From the NCBI GenBank assembly GCA_965205485.1, contig OZ242180.1, positions 4,864,001 through 4,928,000 of the forward strand: a stretch of DNA of 64,000 bases. The letters are read 5' to 3'. This DNA is from Candidatus Latescibacterota bacterium (GTDB lineage: Bacteria; Latescibacterota; UBA2968; GCA-2709665). A program made the position numbers and the translations under genes. The notes beneath the pieces are model-generated. The model was given only the letters and a program-made list of their open reading frames with translations, was not told the DNA's origin and made no database searches. Below, piece after piece: positions 9,714 to 20,406 of this stretch; position 1 is the stretch's first letter; every line of letters begins with the position of its first letter.

Positions 9714-10502
9714 ATGGCGCAGGCGCCGGACCCCCGATCCGCAGATCAGGAAAACGAAGACCACATCATCGAGGTGCATGACGTCTGGAAAACCTACTCG
9801 ATGGGAGACCAGGAAGTCCACGCGCTTCGCGGCGTCTCGTTGAACGTCATCCGGGGCGAGTACCTCTCCATCATGGGTCCCTCCGGTTCCGGCAAGACAA
9901 CGCTTTTCAACATGGTTGGCGCCCTGGATCGCCCCTCCAGGGGTAATGTCGTCGTCAATGCAATCGAAATGGGATCGCTCAGCCAGGCGCAGATCGCCTA
10001 TCTGCGCTGCCACAATATCGGTTACATTTTCCAGAGCTTCAACCTGATCCCCGTAATGACCGCCCTGGAGAACGTCGCGCTCCCCATGGTTTTTTCAGGT
10101 ATGAAAAAGTCGGAATACGAAGAAAAGGCCGCTCACAAACTCACTCAGGTGGGTCTGGGTGAACGCCTGAAGCACAACCCTTACGAACTCTCGGGAGGGC
10201 AACAGCAGCGCGTGGCCATCGCCCGCGCCATTGCCAATGACCCGGACCTGGTACTGGCGGATGAACCCACGGGCAACCTGGACCTCAAGACCGGTCAGGA
10301 GATCATCGAGTTGCTGCAGAGACTCCAGTCCGACAGCGGTGTCACCATCGTCACGAACACGCACGACCACAAGATGCTGGTGGCGTCCGACCGGGTTGTG
10401 GACCTGCGGGACGGACAGGTGGAACTGGTGCGGAGGCGGGATGAGATCGACATTCAGGAAGGACGGATCGAAGGGCTGGATATCGAAGAATTGAGCAACT
10501 GA
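9714..10502 (+). CDS. ABC transporter ATP-binding protein, LolD/MacB/FtsE type
   Basis: Walker [43 protein letters not shown]. Confidence 0.95.
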   Translation: MAQAPDPRSADQENEDHIIEVHDVWKTYSMGDQEVHALRGVSLNVIRGEYLSIMGPSGSGKTTLFNMVGALDRPSRGNVVVNAIEMGSLSQAQIAYLRCHNIGYIFQSFNLIPVMTALENVALPMVFSGMKKSEYEEKAAHKLTQVGLGERLKHNPYELSGGQQQRVAIARAIANDPDLVLADEPTGNLDLKTGQEIIELLQRLQSDSGVTIVTNTHDHKMLVASDRVVDLRDGQVELVRRRDEIDIQEGRIEGLDIEELSN

Positions 10503-10528
10503 GACACAGCGGAGCCCAACAAGAAACG

Positions 10529-10557
10529 AGGCGTTCGTCTGAACGACGAACGCCTTT
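10529..10557. terminator. Hairpin terminator between convergent genes
   Basis: AGGCGTTCGTC-TGAAC-GACGAACGCCT-TT. Confidence 0.65.
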
Positions 10558-10602
10558 CCTGTATACCGTTTTCCGCAGCGACTCGCAAAGCCGATCCGGG
10601 AG

Positions 10603-10794
10603 TCACTCCTCGGCCCGATCGCCGGCCGGGCCGTAAAGCAGGTCGTAGTAACCGTTCTGCTCGAGACGGCGGATCATTTCGCGAATAATGGCGGCGTCCA
10701 CGCGGAACATATCGGCAATCTCAGGCGGCGTCCGGCCTTCTCTGACCAGTTCGATCAGGCGGTCGCGGCTCACAATGAGTTCGGGAACGGCCAT
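10603..10794 (-). CDS. Small helix-turn-helix protein (63 aa)
   Basis: LIELVREGRTPPEIADMFRVDAAIIREMIRRL HTH pattern; the longer ORF-track version overlaps the tRNA. Confidence 0.6.
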   Translation of the reverse strand: MAVPELIVSRDRLIELVREGRTPPEIADMFRVDAAIIREMIRRLEQNGYYDLLYGPAGDRAEE

Positions 10795-10844
10795 CGACGT
10801 GCTCCGGATCCGTGGAACTATCAGGGTGTTATTGTGGAAACAAA

Positions 10845-10920
<76 letters not shown>

Positions 10921-10968
10921 TCCATTTCTCGGGAAAATGCATTGTTCCCGTTGTACGACAAAGGCGGG

Positions 10969-10997
10969 AATCTAACAAAACAAGGCACGGATGTCAA
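10969..10997 (-). promoter_or_regulatory. sigma70 promoter for tRNA-Phe
   Basis: TTGACA-N17-TAGATT. Confidence 0.75.
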
Positions 10998-11144
10998 GAC
11001 AGTTGCGATTGTTTAAGGCGGTATGGCCGTATGGTCAGGTCTGCGAATACGGACCACGCGCAACCGGTCCGCCCGACAGTTTGACGCGCATATCCGATCA
11101 CGTCATCAGGCCGGAACGAAGCCTGCTCGAGAGAGTGCCGATCG

Positions 11145-13151
11145 ATGGCCGGCGCTGAACGAACAGCCGAAGCAATTGAACCGAACGCGGCTCCCGCCGG
11201 GTCAGCGGGCGGGGTCACGGTCCGGTCCGTGGTTTCCGGCCTGTTGCTCGTCCTGGGGCTGGACGCCCTGGCGGTCCACCTCCGGTACGTCGTGCACGGC
11301 TCGCTGATGACGTACAGCCATGTGCCGATGGCCATGCTCATCGTGTTTGTACTGATGATCATGGCCGGCGCGCTCCTGGCGCGGATTTCCGGATGGAAGC
11401 CTGCACCGGCGGAATGGCACGTCATTCTGGCGATGGGCGTCGTCGGCGCGGCCGTTCCCGGCTTCGGTCTGAGCGGCTATCTGCTTGGGTACATCGCATC
11501 CCCGTACTATTTCGCGACCGAAGTCAACGAATGGCATATCTACCTGCATCCGTACATCAACACCTGGCTGATCCCTTCAGACGAAAACAAGGCCGTCACC
11601 TGGTTCTTCGAAGGCGCACCCAAAGGCGCGCAGGTCCCCTGGGATGCCTGGGTGCTTCCGCTGTTGTGGTGGACCACGTTCATCGTCGCGGCGTTCGTGG
11701 TTCTCGGATGCGTCGCCGTCGTCTTTCGCAGACAGTGGGTACAGAACGAACGACTGGCGTTTCCGGCGATGGCGCCCCTGATCCACATGGCGGAAGAACC
11801 CGGCAGCGGAAGATTCGCACTCCCTGATTTCACGAAGAACTACCTGTTCTGGATCGGCTTCGGGCTGGCCTTCGGAATGATCGCCTGGAACTGCATCAAC
11901 TATTTCCTGCCCGGCTTTCCACGGTTTCCGGTCTATCGGGGCCGTTGGCTCTGGATCGACCGCCAGCATCCGCCCGCCTATTTCTTCATCGGTCTGTTTA
12001 CCATCTTCTTCTCCTATTTCGCCAGCCTGGACGTTCTGTTCAGCATCTGGTTCTTCGACCTGCTGTTCATTTCCGAAGGCGGCTGGCTGCACCGCCGGGG
12101 GTTTACGGCCATATCGCCGTACTATTACCGCGGCGTTTATTACTGGCAGACCAAGGGCGCATTCGCCATGCTGGCCGCCTCGGTCTTCTGGGTTGCCAGA
12201 CGCCACATCATGGATGTGTTCCGCAAGGCCTGGAACCGGGATCATCCGATGGACGACCGGGACGAACCGCTCTCCTGCCGTACGGCCGTCGTCGCCCTGC
12301 TCGTTGGGCTCGCGTTCATGTGGCTCTGGCTCTGGCGCATCGGCTTCGACCCGCTTCTGGCGGCCCTGCTCCTTCCGGCGGTCATCTTCACGTATGTCGG
12401 CCTGGCCAAGATTCTCGCGGAGACCGGCATGCCGTACACCAACGTGCCGGCGGGTCCGTGGGGTCTCGTGTCGCCATTCATCGGGTCATCGACCGTCAAC
12501 GAAAGCACACGGGTCGCCCTCCGGTTCGCGTCCAGGATCACCTCCCACTTCAAGGGGCTCTTCCTTCCCGCCCTCGCACACGCCGGGCGCGTTGCGGAAG
12601 GCGTCCGGGGCGGCCGGCGGCGTCTTGCGTATGCCGTCGTCCTGGCCTTTCTGGTCAGTTGGATCGCGAGCGTGCTGCTCACGATCCAGCTGGGATACCG
12701 GGACGGCGCCTACAATTTCAACTCCTGGGAAATCGTGCGCGCGGGGCCCAAGCATTTCGAAGGCACCGCGACGTCCGTCAAGAACTTCCTTACTAAACCG
12801 CCCGATCCGCCCGTCTACCGCGAACATCCCGACTATATGGTGTTTTTCGGCCTGGGCGGCCTGGCCACGCTCCTGCTCATTTTTCTGCGTCACCGTTTCG
12901 TCTGGTGGCCGTTGCATCCCGTCGGACTGGCCATATCCGGTTCGTACCTGGCCCGGCGAACCAGCCTGACGATATTGCTGGCCTGGCTGGTCAAACTGGT
13001 CATGCTGAAGATGGGCGGTCCTTCCGTATACAGGAAATCACGTCCCCTGTTCATTGGCCTGCTCGCCGGCTATATACTCGGAGTCGCCCTCTCGGCCTTC
13101 ATCGACGTCCTGTGGTTCCCGGAACGGGGCCACAGCGTTCATCGCTTCTGA
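11145..13151 (+). CDS. Polytopic membrane protein, DUF6785/DUF6784-like (putative transporter)
   Basis: Many TM segments; RRQWVQNERLAFP and C-terminal WWPLHPVG...YRKSRPLFIGL motifs. Confidence 0.75.
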   Translation: MAGAERTAEAIEPNAAPAGSAGGVTVRSVVSGLLLVLGLDALAVHLRYVVHGSLMTYSHVPMAMLIVFVLMIMAGALLARISGWKPAPAEWHVILAMGVVGAAVPGFGLSGYLLGYIASPYYFATEVNEWHIYLHPYINTWLIPSDENKAVTWFFEGAPKGAQVPWDAWVLPLLWWTTFIVAAFVVLGCVAVVFRRQWVQNERLAFPAMAPLIHMAEEPGSGRFALPDFTKNYLFWIGFGLAFGMIAWNCINYFLPGFPRFPVYRGRWLWIDRQHPPAYFFIGLFTIFFSYFASLDVLFSIWFFDLLFISEGGWLHRRGFTAISPYYYRGVYYWQTKGAFAMLAASVFWVARRHIMDVFRKAWNRDHPMDDRDEPLSCRTAVVALLVGLAFMWLWLWRIGFDPLLAALLLPAVIFTYVGLAKILAETGMPYTNVPAGPWGLVSPFIGSSTVNESTRVALRFASRITSHFKGLFLPALAHAGRVAEGVRGGRRRLAYAVVLAFLVSWIASVLLTIQLGYRDGAYNFNSWEIVRAGPKHFEGTATSVKNFLTKPPDPPVYREHPDYMVFFGLGGLATLLLIFLRHRFVWWPLHPVGLAISGSYLARRTSLTILLAWLVKLVMLKMGGPSVYRKSRPLFIGLLAGYILGVALSAFIDVLWFPERGHSVHRF

Positions 13152-13238
13152 TCGGCGTCCGCCGGCGTATGTCCGGGATCGGAACCCGGGCACCCGCAAC
13201 GGTAGTGGTACTGCAGAAACCTTGATCAGGATGACTCA

Positions 13239-16200
13239 ATGAAAACCCGTACACGCATCGGTCTTGCACTGGCGCTTCTCTTCGCCGTCGGGGCCTTCGC
13301 CGGCCTTGCGGTGGGACCGGAACGCGTCAACCCCTACCTTGCCGCAATCCTTGGACTCCATGCGCCCGTTGCCCCACCGGCCCCTTCCGTTCCGGAAGCG
13401 AACGCCACTTCGGTTCGCGTACTCGATACCGTATCGGACGCCGGCGTGAGGTCGCACGTTGCCCGCTTTACGGAACACCGGTCGCGAGTTCCCGGATACC
13501 CCGGACACGCCGCTGCCGCGGAATACATCCGGCGCAGTTTCGAGAGCGCCGGTCTCCGGGACGTTCGCACCGAGCCGTTCGACGTCACCTCGCCCGTTGA
13601 CAAGGGCGGCAGCGTGTCGCTGTTGCGGGACAATGTCACGTTTCCCATCCACGCGATCTGGCCGAACCTCGTCAAAACCTCCACACTGCCGCGCGAAGGG
13701 GTCCGCACGCGGTTGATCTACGGCGCGACCGGGGAATTCGCCGACTTCAACGGTCATGCGCTCGAGGGCGCGGCCGTTCTCATGGAATTCAATACGCGGA
13801 ACAACTGGCTGAACGCGGCCACGCTGGGTGCGGGGCAGATCATCTTCATCGAACCGGATTCAACCTTCTATACCGAAGCCGAGCAGAAATTCCTGCAGGT
13901 GCCCAACAGCGTGGAACGATTCTGGATCGATAAAGCGTCGGGACAGGCTCTCAAGTCAATGCTCGAACAACGCGGCGAGATTGAAATCGAACTGCATGCG
14001 AGAATGGAGTGGGAGAAACAAACCGCCCACAATATTATGGGCTTCCTTCCGGGTTCCGATCCGATCCTGAAGGAACAGATCGTCGTGATCAACGCGTACT
14101 ACGACGCCATGTCCGTCGTCCCGGCACTGGCGCCCGGCGCCGAGATGGCCAGCGGCGCCGTCGCCCTGCTGGAGCTGGTCAACTATTTCAAACGATATCC
14201 CCCGAGGCGCACCGTGCTCTTTCTGGCCACTTCGGCCCACCACCTGGGCTTTCGCGGCATCTGCGATTTCCTGGGCCGCCACGCCAGAAAGGAGAGGCAT
14301 TTCGCGGCCCTGATGACCGACCCCATCGACATCCGGCTCTTCATCGGCCTGGACCTGTCGAGCCAGACCGCTCAAATCGGCGTCTGGAACAGTACGCGCA
14401 ACTTCTACTACAACCGGTTCTTCACACCCTTCGGAAAGAAATTCGTCCGCATCTCTCAGGCGATCGCACCCGCCTTCGGCCTCGACCCCGATCAGGCGCT
14501 GCTGGACGGCATCAATCCCACGGGCGGAATGACCTGGGACATGTTCATCCCCGGCGCGAACCTGAAGACCGACGGCGAAGTCGTCCTCGAAGCCGGCACG
14601 CTCGCCCTGTCCCTGGTCACGCTGAACGATGCCCGTTTCCGGGTCGATACGCCCCTGGACCGGCCGGAAGGGGTCAACTTCGGAAATCTCGCAAAACAGG
14701 TCCGCCTGATCACGGGCGTGCTGGATATCGCCCTGAACGACCCGACGCTGATCCCTGATTACCGGCTCAATCCCGACGACCGGATGCGCGGCCTGAAGGG
14801 GTTCGTGCGTACCTTTCCCAGGCGCAGCATCGTACCGGACCGGCCCAAGGCGGGCGCCATTGCCGCGCTCAGGATGGGCATCGACAAATCGGTCAAGGGC
14901 GTCCGGCGCATCTATTACGATCTTGCCGACGAAAACGGTGAATTCTACATGCCGGGAATCGCCGAACGCCGCGTCTCCGTCAGCGCCTACTTTCAGGATC
15001 CGGAGACCGGTGAGATCACGTACGCGCCGAACTACGGGCAGCAGGCGCGGATCTACCGCGGCGACTTCGACATGGACTGGTGGATCTCCAAGAGAAATAT
15101 CATCCTCTTTCCCTGTATCGCCACCGACTTCTACGATACGGTCGATCCGCGTTTCCTCACCAAACTCTCCCAGATCAGCGTCTACGGTAGCGGCAACGTC
15201 ACGCCGCAGGAATACGGGTACGCGATCGGCTTCGGCCCGACGGAACCCGTGGGTACCCTGTTCACGCGTCCGGGAGAGAGAATCAAGGTCGCGATGAGGG
15301 CCGGCGGCGTCGCGGCGGGCTCCGGCGACATCGGCATCCGCTTCCTGCTGCTCAATGCGACGAGCGCCGAGAGTGAAGAAATCGCCAGGGGCACGGGTTA
15401 TCCCACGCTCACCCACGGGTCGTTTGCGCGCACCTCCTTTCTGGCCGCGCGTGACATGTGGACCCTTAACGAAGCCCGGAAGCAGGAGATGCAGAAATAC
15501 GCCATTGAAAACCAGCGTCTGAACATGCTGCACGGCCAGGCCCGCCTCCACCTGGACATGGCCGAAGCCGCGATGTCCCAAAGTCGCTGGGACGTTTTCA
15601 TGAAACATACCCGCGCGGCCCTCGGCATCGAATCGCGCGCCTATCCGGACGTCAAGGACACGCAGAACGACGTGGTGCGCGGCGTCGTCTTTTTCATGGC
15701 CCTGGTCATCCCGTGCGCGTTCTTCGCCGAACGACTCATCTTCACCGCCGTGGACATCCGGCGACAGATCGCGGGATTTATCGGTATTTTCGTTCTCATC
15801 TGGGTCTTTCTTTCAAACGTGCATCCGGCGTTCGAGATCTCCAATCCCCTGGTCGTGCTGCTCGCCTTCGTCATTCTGGCGCTGGCGGTGTTCGTGATTT
15901 CCCTCGTTTTCAATCGTTTCAACGAAACCATGCGCCGGTTACGGGTCCCGGAAGTGCGTTTGCATGAAACCGACGTGGGTCGAATCTCCGCCTCCCTGGC
16001 GGCCTTTCAGCTCGGCATCGCAAACATGAAACGCCGCAAATTGCGCACGGCGCTTACGTTCACCACGCTCCTGCTCCTCACATTTACGGTTCTCTCGTTT
16101 ACGTCCATCACAACGGCTCTCGAATTTCGCCGGATTCCCCTGGGCACCGAGGGTCCGTACCCCGGAATGCTCATCCGCAGCAAGTTCTGGGGCCCGCTGG

Positions 16201-17774
16201 AAGACGTCGTCTACGATTATGCCGTTACCCACTTCCGGGAATCCGCGATAACGGCCCCTCGAAGCTGGTACTATACGCGGGAGAAGAAGATTATCCCGGT
16301 CGAGTCCGAAGACAGCTCAACTCACGTACTCGGCGTTCTGGGAATGACGCCTGAGGAGGCGGACGTGACCGGCATCCACAAGACACTGAAAGTCGGCAGG
16401 TGGTTCCGTCCGGGAGAATCCGCGTGCATACTGCCGGAAAAGATAGCGGATCTACTCGGCGTGGACCCGGGCCGCCTTGAAGCGTCACGCGTCCGGGTGT
16501 TCGGCGAGTCGCTGCCGGTGATCGGCCTGATCGACGCCGGGGCGTTCAGCGAACTCAAGGACCTCGATGAGGAACCCCTCAGTCCCGCCGACTTCAAGCT
16601 TACCGATGAGGAAGCCATCGAACAGATGACCACCCAGGAAACGCGGGAGAAACAGGGCCTGGAACAACCTGAAGTCGAAATCATGCCCTTCGAGCACATC
16701 AACCCCGACGACGTCCTGATCGTCCCGTACGCGTTCCTGCGCCAGGTGGGCAGCCCGCTCCAGTCGGTCGCCCTCCGGTTCGACGCCGGATCAGACGTGG
16801 AGAGCAATGTCAAGGAGCTTCTGTCCAGGCTCTCGGTTGTACTGTTCGCGGGTCTTCCGGACGCGGACGGTCGCGTCAACGTCTCGATTTTCAGTTCGCT
16901 GGGCGACACGTCGAGACGCGGGATGAGCGATCTCTTTATTCCCATCCTCATCGCCTCGCTCATCGTGCTGAATACCATGATGGGTTCCGTGTACGAACGG
17001 TTTCGGGAAATCGGCGTCTATTCCGCGGTGGGCCTGGCGCCGGTCCACGTCGCTTTCCTGTTTATCGCGGAAGCCTGCGTCTACGCCGTCCTCGGCACGG
17101 TGAGCGGCTACATGCTGGGCCAGGCCGCTGCCAAGCTGCTTCTCTGGCAGGGCTGGCTCTCGGGCGTCACGGTCAACTATTCCGCCCAGTCGGCCGTTGT
17201 TTCGTCCGCCCTGGTCATGGCCGTCGTCATCCTGTCAACCCTCTATCCTGCCAGGCAGGCATCCCGGATGGCCGTCCCGGACGTGTCCCGCCGCTGGAAG
17301 ATCCCCGAGCCGGAAGGCGACGACTGGCGTTTCGAATTCCCGTTTACGGTTGGCGGAAACGATGTATTCGGGCTCTGCGTGTTCCTGACGGACTACTTTG
17401 ACTCCCACAGCGGCGAAGCGATGGGGGCGTTCTACACGGACGGCGCCCATCTGTACGCGAAGGGCGGCGCCGGTGAGAGCGGATACGCAATCCGCACGAC
17501 CCTGTGGCTGGCGCCCTTCGATCTGGGCGTAAGCGAGGAGCTTCGCTTCGAGGCGGAACCCACCGGCCAATTCGATATCTATACCCTCACGCTCACCCTC
17601 AGGCGACGCTCGGGCGAAGTCGCGTCATGGCGGCGTGTCAACCAGGGTTTCATGAATACCCTCCGCAAGCAGTTTCTCATCTGGAGAACCGTGGACCCCG
17701 CCGAAAAAGCCGCATACCGGGAAAAAGGCATGCGGATGCTCGTCTCGGACGAACCGGAGGCGAAACCGGCCTGA
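13239..17774 (+). CDS. Large fusion: degenerate M28-peptidase-like domain + FtsX/MacB-type permease (1511 aa)
   Basis: Signal peptide; SRVPGYPG, NIMGFLPG, AYYD...APGAEMASG; ANMKRRKLRTALT; VYERFREIGVYSAVG; LYPARQASR. Confidence 0.8.
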   Translation: MKTRTRIGLALALLFAVGAFAGLAVGPERVNPYLAAILGLHAPVAPPAPSVPEANATSVRVLDTVSDAGVRSHVARFTEHRSRVPGYPGHAAAAEYIRRSFESAGLRDVRTEPFDVTSPVDKGGSVSLLRDNVTFPIHAIWPNLVKTSTLPREGVRTRLIYGATGEFADFNGHALEGAAVLMEFNTRNNWLNAATLGAGQIIFIEPDSTFYTEAEQKFLQVPNSVERFWIDKASGQALKSMLEQRGEIEIELHARMEWEKQTAHNIMGFLPGSDPILKEQIVVINAYYDAMSVVPALAPGAEMASGAVALLELVNYFKRYPPRRTVLFLATSAHHLGFRGICDFLGRHARKERHFAALMTDPIDIRLFIGLDLSSQTAQIGVWNSTRNFYYNRFFTPFGKKFVRISQAIAPAFGLDPDQALLDGINPTGGMTWDMFIPGANLKTDGEVVLEAGTLALSLVTLNDARFRVDTPLDRPEGVNFGNLAKQVRLITGVLDIALNDPTLIPDYRLNPDDRMRGLKGFVRTFPRRSIVPDRPKAGAIAALRMGIDKSVKGVRRIYYDLADENGEFYMPGIAERRVSVSAYFQDPETGEITYAPNYGQQARIYRGDFDMDWWISKRNIILFPCIATDFYDTVDPRFLTKLSQISVYGSGNVTPQEYGYAIGFGPTEPVGTLFTRPGERIKVAMRAGGVAAGSGDIGIRFLLLNATSAESEEIARGTGYPTLTHGSFARTSFLAARDMWTLNEARKQEMQKYAIENQRLNMLHGQARLHLDMAEAAMSQSRWDVFMKHTRAALGIESRAYPDVKDTQNDVVRGVVFFMALVIPCAFFAERLIFTAVDIRRQIAGFIGIFVLIWVFLSNVHPAFEISNPLVVLLAFVILALAVFVISLVFNRFNETMRRLRVPEVRLHETDVGRISASLAAFQLGIANMKRRKLRTALTFTTLLLLTFTVLSFTSITTALEFRRIPLGTEGPYPGMLIRSKFWGPLEDVVYDYAVTHFRESAITAPRSWYYTREKKIIPVESEDSSTHVLGVLGMTPEEADVTGIHKTLKVGRWFRPGESACILPEKIADLLGVDPGRLEASRVRVFGESLPVIGLIDAGAFSELKDLDEEPLSPADFKLTDEEAIEQMTTQETREKQGLEQPEVEIMPFEHINPDDVLIVPYAFLRQVGSPLQSVALRFDAGSDVESNVKELLSRLSVVLFAGLPDADGRVNVSIFSSLGDTSRRGMSDLFIPILIASLIVLNTMMGSVYERFREIGVYSAVGLAPVHVAFLFIAEACVYAVLGTVSGYMLGQAAAKLLLWQGWLSGVTVNYSAQSAVVSSALVMAVVILSTLYPARQASRMAVPDVSRRWKIPEPEGDDWRFEFPFTVGGNDVFGLCVFLTDYFDSHSGEAMGAFYTDGAHLYAKGGAGESGYAIRTTLWLAPFDLGVSEELRFEAEPTGQFDIYTLTLTLRRRSGEVASWRRVNQGFMNTLRKQFLIWRTVDPAEKAAYREKGMRMLVSDEPEAKPA

Positions 17775-17898
17775 GAAACGTCGCGATGCCGATGAACAGT
17801 CACGTTCTCCCGTTATTGCAGTCCGGAAATAGGCTTTGCAAAACGCTGCTTTGTTTGTATTTTTCAGGCCCTTAACCCCTACCACGCGTTGACGCTCT

Positions 17899-20319
17899 AT
17901 GGCCTTTCTCGATCGCATTCGCAGGCGGAAATCCAATCCGTACCAGGAAATCGAAGAGTACCGGGATCTGCTTGATGTCCCCAAGGAGTTCGAAGAGGGC
18001 TTCAACTCCAAGACGATCCTCGGCGCACTCTTCGTTTCCGTCATCATGGTTCCGGGCAACATCTACCTGGAACTCATGGTGGGACATTCCGTCGGCGCCG
18101 CCGCCCAGTGGGTGACCATCATCCTGTTTCTGGAACTGGCCAAGCGCTCGTTCACCGTGTTGAAGAAGCAGGAACTCTACCTGCTCTACTATGTCACCAG
18201 CGCCCTGGTCGCCCGCGAAACCGGAATGTTCGAAGGCCTGCTCTGGCAGCAATACTACGTTCAGTCTCCCGCAGCAAAGCAGTTCGGCATCTCCCACCTC
18301 ATCCCCCGATGGTGGGCGCCCCCGCCCGATTCTCCCGCGCTGATCGACCGGACTTTTCTGCATCAGGACTGGCTTCTGCCCATCTCCCTGCTTGTCCTTG
18401 GGATGATCATGGGGCGCATCCAGTGGTTTACCGCGAGCTACGTGCTCTTCCGGATCACCTCCGACTACGAGCGCCTGCCGTTTCCGTTCGCGCCGATCAA
18501 CGCCCAGGGCGCCATGGCGCTCGCGGAAGAAAGCAGCGGCCAGTACAGCTGGCGATGGCGGGTCTTCAGCATCGGCGCCGTGATCGGCGTGGTATTCGGC
18601 TCCGTCTACGTGGCGGTGCCCGCCATTACCGGCGCGTTTATGGAGAGCCCGCTTCAGCTCATCCCCATCCCATGGGTGGATTTCACCCAATACACGGGAT
18701 ATTTCCTGCCGGCCACGCCGCTGGGTTTCACGCTGCACCTGGCCCCCATCTTTGCCGGGCTGCTGGCGCCCTTCTGGGCCGTCATGGGCGCATTCATCGG
18801 CGTCGCCATCCACACCGCGGCGGGCCCCATCCTGTATTCCTACGGGTACATGCCCAACTGGTATATGGGCATGGATACGATCATGACCCACTTCGTCACG
18901 GGCATCGATTTCTGGATGAGCTTCGGGATCGGCATCACCTTCGCCATCGCGATTATTGGATTCTACCAGGTCTGGACCGGCGTCCGAACCGCGCGTGTCG
19001 AGAAAAAGGAAAAGGGCAGCTGGACGCCGCCGCCCGGCCGGGGAGACTTCCGGATCTGGATCTGCATCGTGCTCTTCTGTCTTGCGAGCCTCTATACCAT
19101 AATCCTCGCCAAGGTCCTCTTCCCTGACCTCGTGAGCACCGTGCTGCTCATGTTCTTCTTCGTCTTCGCGTTCGTCTATACGCCGCTGATCTCCTTCGTC
19201 AACGCCCGGCTGGACGGGCTGGTCGGACAGAACGTCAATATCCCCTATATCAGGGAAGCCACGATCTTTCTGAGCGGGTTCAGGGGTATCGAAATCTGGT
19301 TTGTGCCCTTCCCCCTGGCCAACTGGGGCGCACAGGCCGAAACGTTCCGTCAGATCGAACTCACGGGCTCGAAATTCACCGGTATCCTGAAGGCTGAGGT
19401 CTTCATGATCCCGCTGATCCTTCTGACCAGTTTCATGTACTGGTCCTATATCTGGAAGCTGGCGCCCATTCCCTCGTCCTCCTACCCCTACGTCCAGATG
19501 ATGTGGCCGCTGCGGGCGCTCCAGAGCAGCGTCTGGTACACCGGCACCATGCAGGGCGAGGTGGAGCACGACCCGTCCTCCGGAGCGGTATCCTTCCAGC
19601 CGAGCAATCTGCCCGACGGCAACTGGTGGTACTGGCGTGCCCGCGCCTCGGCCGACGCGCACATCGATGACCACGAACAACGCACTTACGGACCGTGGTC
19701 CCGCGTTGGGTATTTCTATACGAACTTCAAGAGTACCGAAAAGCCGCTCGTACCGTCGCTTCCGGTGGACCGGTCGGCGCCGGACATTTCCGAAGCGTTG
19801 CGGCTGGGCCTGCCTTCGGCGCCGGCGTTGCGGAGTCCCGATGACGGAAGCCACGCGGACAACCCAAACCCCAACCTGGTCGTGCTCGCCGCGCGGGACC
19901 CGGAAGGCCGGGAGCTCGTGTATCAGTTCGAAGTGGACCAGGTGCCCTCCTTCGACGGTTCCTTTCTGCAGAGTTCGGACGACGAGCCGATCCTGTTCGA
20001 AGCCATCAAGCCGGTTGTGATCGCCATCGGACTCGCCGTCGGCCTGGTCTCGTTCGTGGTTCTGTCCGTCCTGGGCCTGCCGGTCCTGCTCATCTTCGGA
20101 TACATACGGAGTCTGACGAGCATTCCCCACGTGATGATCACCGAGATCATCGGTGCGCTCCTCGCGCGGTACTATTTCTGGAAGCGCTTCGGCAGACAGC
20201 AATGGCGCCTCTACGCGGCGGTGTTGTACGTCGGATTCTCGGTGGGCATGTCCCTGGTGGGCATGGCCTCCGTCTCCATTGCAATGATACAAAAGGCCGT
20301 CTCGGTACTGTTGTTCTGA
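17899..20319 (+). CDS. OPT-like peptide transporter with inserted FN3/Ig-like domain
   Basis: FEEGFNSKTILGALF...AAQWVTIILFLE; SDYERLPFP; many TM helices; soluble insert at about 19594-19977. Confidence 0.7.
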   Translation: MAFLDRIRRRKSNPYQEIEEYRDLLDVPKEFEEGFNSKTILGALFVSVIMVPGNIYLELMVGHSVGAAAQWVTIILFLELAKRSFTVLKKQELYLLYYVTSALVARETGMFEGLLWQQYYVQSPAAKQFGISHLIPRWWAPPPDSPALIDRTFLHQDWLLPISLLVLGMIMGRIQWFTASYVLFRITSDYERLPFPFAPINAQGAMALAEESSGQYSWRWRVFSIGAVIGVVFGSVYVAVPAITGAFMESPLQLIPIPWVDFTQYTGYFLPATPLGFTLHLAPIFAGLLAPFWAVMGAFIGVAIHTAAGPILYSYGYMPNWYMGMDTIMTHFVTGIDFWMSFGIGITFAIAIIGFYQVWTGVRTARVEKKEKGSWTPPPGRGDFRIWICIVLFCLASLYTIILAKVLFPDLVSTVLLMFFFVFAFVYTPLISFVNARLDGLVGQNVNIPYIREATIFLSGFRGIEIWFVPFPLANWGAQAETFRQIELTGSKFTGILKAEVFMIPLILLTSFMYWSYIWKLAPIPSSSYPYVQMMWPLRALQSSVWYTGTMQGEVEHDPSSGAVSFQPSNLPDGNWWYWRARASADAHIDDHEQRTYGPWSRVGYFYTNFKSTEKPLVPSLPVDRSAPDISEALRLGLPSAPALRSPDDGSHADNPNPNLVVLAARDPEGRELVYQFEVDQVPSFDGSFLQSSDDEPILFEAIKPVVIAIGLAVGLVSFVVLSVLGLPVLLIFGYIRSLTSIPHVMITEIIGALLARYYFWKRFGRQQWRLYAAVLYVGFSVGMSLVGMASVSIAMIQKAVSVLLF

Positions 20320-20322
20320 GCA

Positions 20323-20351
20323 TTGGCTTTGGTTCCGCCCGCATCTATTAT
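20323..20351 (+). promoter_or_regulatory. Candidate promoter of BMC operon
   Basis: TTGGCT-N17-TATTAT. Confidence 0.5.
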
Positions 20352-20406
20352 GTCGGGTTGAATTGTCGCATCCGGACCGTTCGATCAAACACACCAGGAC
20401 GGCAGC

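Noticed and set aside
17872..20394. 840-aa minus-strand ORF
   Set aside because: Antisense shadow of the OPT-like transporter; typical of high GC, no motifs
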